A DNA stretch of 64,000 nucleotides, taken from the NCBI RefSeq assembly GCF_004010195.1, contig NC_057751.1, forward strand, positions 1,159,968-1,223,967, in the 5' to 3' direction. The notes under the pieces were generated by a model, which was given only the letters and a program-made list of their open reading frames with translations, was not told where the DNA came from and did no database searches. This document shows, in pieces, positions 62,345-64,000 of this stretch. Source of the stretch: Chiloscyllium plagiosum. Lineage: Eukaryota. Each line of letters starts with the position of its first letter. Position 1 is the stretch's first letter. The translations under genes and the position numbers were made by a program.

Positions 62345-63450
62345 TTTCTGCTCTATGCCTTGATTCACCAACTGCTCAAAAGTCTATGAATCTCAGCCTT
62401 AAACACTTACAAGGACTCTTCCCCCACACTCTCTGGGGCAAACAGTACCAAAGACACTCAATCATCTGAGAGAAGAAATTCCTCCTCAGCTCAGTCTTAA
62501 ATTGGTGCCCCTTTGTTCTGAGACTGTGCCCTCTAGTCCTCAACTCTCCCAAGAGGGAAAGCATCCTCTTAGCATTTACCCTGTTAAGCCCCTTAATAAT
62601 CCTCCCTGATTCAATGAGGCCACCTCCCATTTTTCACAATTCCAATGAGTTTAATCTTTGCTCATAAGACAATCCATCCAGACCACGGACCATCCCGGTG
62701 AACCTCCTGTAAAGTGCTTCCAGTTCAATGATATCTTTCCTTTAATGAGGGGACCAAAACTGCTGTCAGTATTCCAGATGTGGTCTCACCAACACCTTGC
62801 ACAGTTGCAGTGAAATTTCCCTTCTCTTACACTCCAACCCCTTTGAAATGAAGACCAATACTCCATTAGCCTTCCTGATGACCCGCTGCGCTTGTGTGCT
62901 GGCTTTCTGTGACACATGCACAAGTCCCCCTGAGTCCTTGTGTTGCGATTTTCTGCAGCTTTTCTCCATTTCAATAATACTCTGTTCTTTTTTCTCCCTG
63001 CCAAAGTGAACCATTTCATATTTTCCTACGCTATACTCCATTTGCCAACTTTTTGTCCACTTATCAATCTCTCTCTGTCAACAGTTTGAATCCAGAACAC
63101 AACCTGCCTTTCCACCTATTTTTGTGTCATTTGCAAATGTGGCTGCAGTACATTCACTTCCTTCCTCAGTCATTAATGTACATTGTAAATAGTTGTGGTC
63201 CCAGCACTGATCCCTGTGGAACAACACTGGTCACAGGTCACCAACCTGAAAAAGAGACCCTTTATCCTCTTGTCCAAGAGCTAATTCTCTCTAATCATGC
63301 CTGTTTAGTACCTCAACATCATGGGTTTTTGACTTAATCTTTTGTGAGGTACTGTGGAAGTCTAAATACAACACATCTGATTCCCCTCTCTCTACTCTGG
63401 TTGAGACTTGCATGTAAAGCTCGAATAAATTAATTCAACCCGATTTACAG
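62345..63450 (-). mobile_element. Second decayed CR1-type LINE (RT C-terminal half)
   Basis: ORFs 62766-63041 (LVRPHLEY) and 62376-62630 (RTRGHSL, RRNFFSQ). Confidence 0.85.
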
Positions 63451-64000
63451 AAGAGCATAAGAACCAGGGGTTGGCCATCTGGCCAGTCCAGCCTGTTCTG
63501 CCATTCAATAAGATAATGGTTAATCTTTTTATGGGCTTCACTCCACTTAGTTGCTCACACACCATAGCCCTTAATTCCTTTACTGTCTATCTTTGCCTTA
63601 GAAACATTCAGTGAGGTATCCTGAATTTCTTCATTGGGAAGGGAATTTCAGATTGAATGGGGTCAATCCTGCAGTAATTCTGCAGAATCCAAGGATTTTT
63701 GGGAAATGACTTGCATGGATAGCGAGGAGTGAGTGACTGAGAGTTGTTTCGGTACTGTGGCGATACACCAGAGGGCGAGAGTGGACCACACAGACAAGAA
63801 AACTTTGTGCCTGTCCAATTAAAGTCAGCAGCAGCCACATTAAAGTGCGTCAATGTTACAAAATTGCTGTTGCCACAGGCATCATATAAAAATTCCTGGA
63901 ATTTCTCATTCGAAAAGAAGAGAAAAATCTGCTACAGGCCTCTTGCTTTTCTTAGAGTCATGGAGAGATACAGCGTAGAAACAGACCCTTCGGTCCAACT

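Overview
This is vertebrate nuclear DNA, almost certainly a shark or other elasmobranch (inferred from HE1-type V-SINEs and dense CR1 LINEs). It holds two complete spliced genes on the + strand in the same order as human 8p11.23. ERLIN2 has 11 coding exons (8827-23227, 340 aa). PLPBP/PROSC has 8 exons (32989-53410, 272 aa, or 278 aa from an upstream in-frame ATG). All introns are GT-AG and all phases join into open frames. The rest is mostly decayed CR1-type LINEs, tRNA-headed SINEs and Penelope-like element (PLE) fragments, with three N gaps. The most notable non-genic signal is a dispersed set of about 15 minimal hammerhead-ribozyme motifs (CUGANGA / stem II / GAAA / NUH). They fall into four sequence families with covarying stems; some are attached to GIY-YIG endonuclease remnants, others sit in short fold-back elements, one with a target-site duplication. 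The PLPBP promoter is also unusual: a 26-bp tandem array of inverted CCAAT boxes whose last unit supplies an in-frame ATG, followed in intron 1 by a tight Sp1/HSE/NF-kB/ETS motif cluster and a telomere-variant hexamer repeat. Family names and human comparisons are from memory; no searches were run, and repeat boundaries are approximate.
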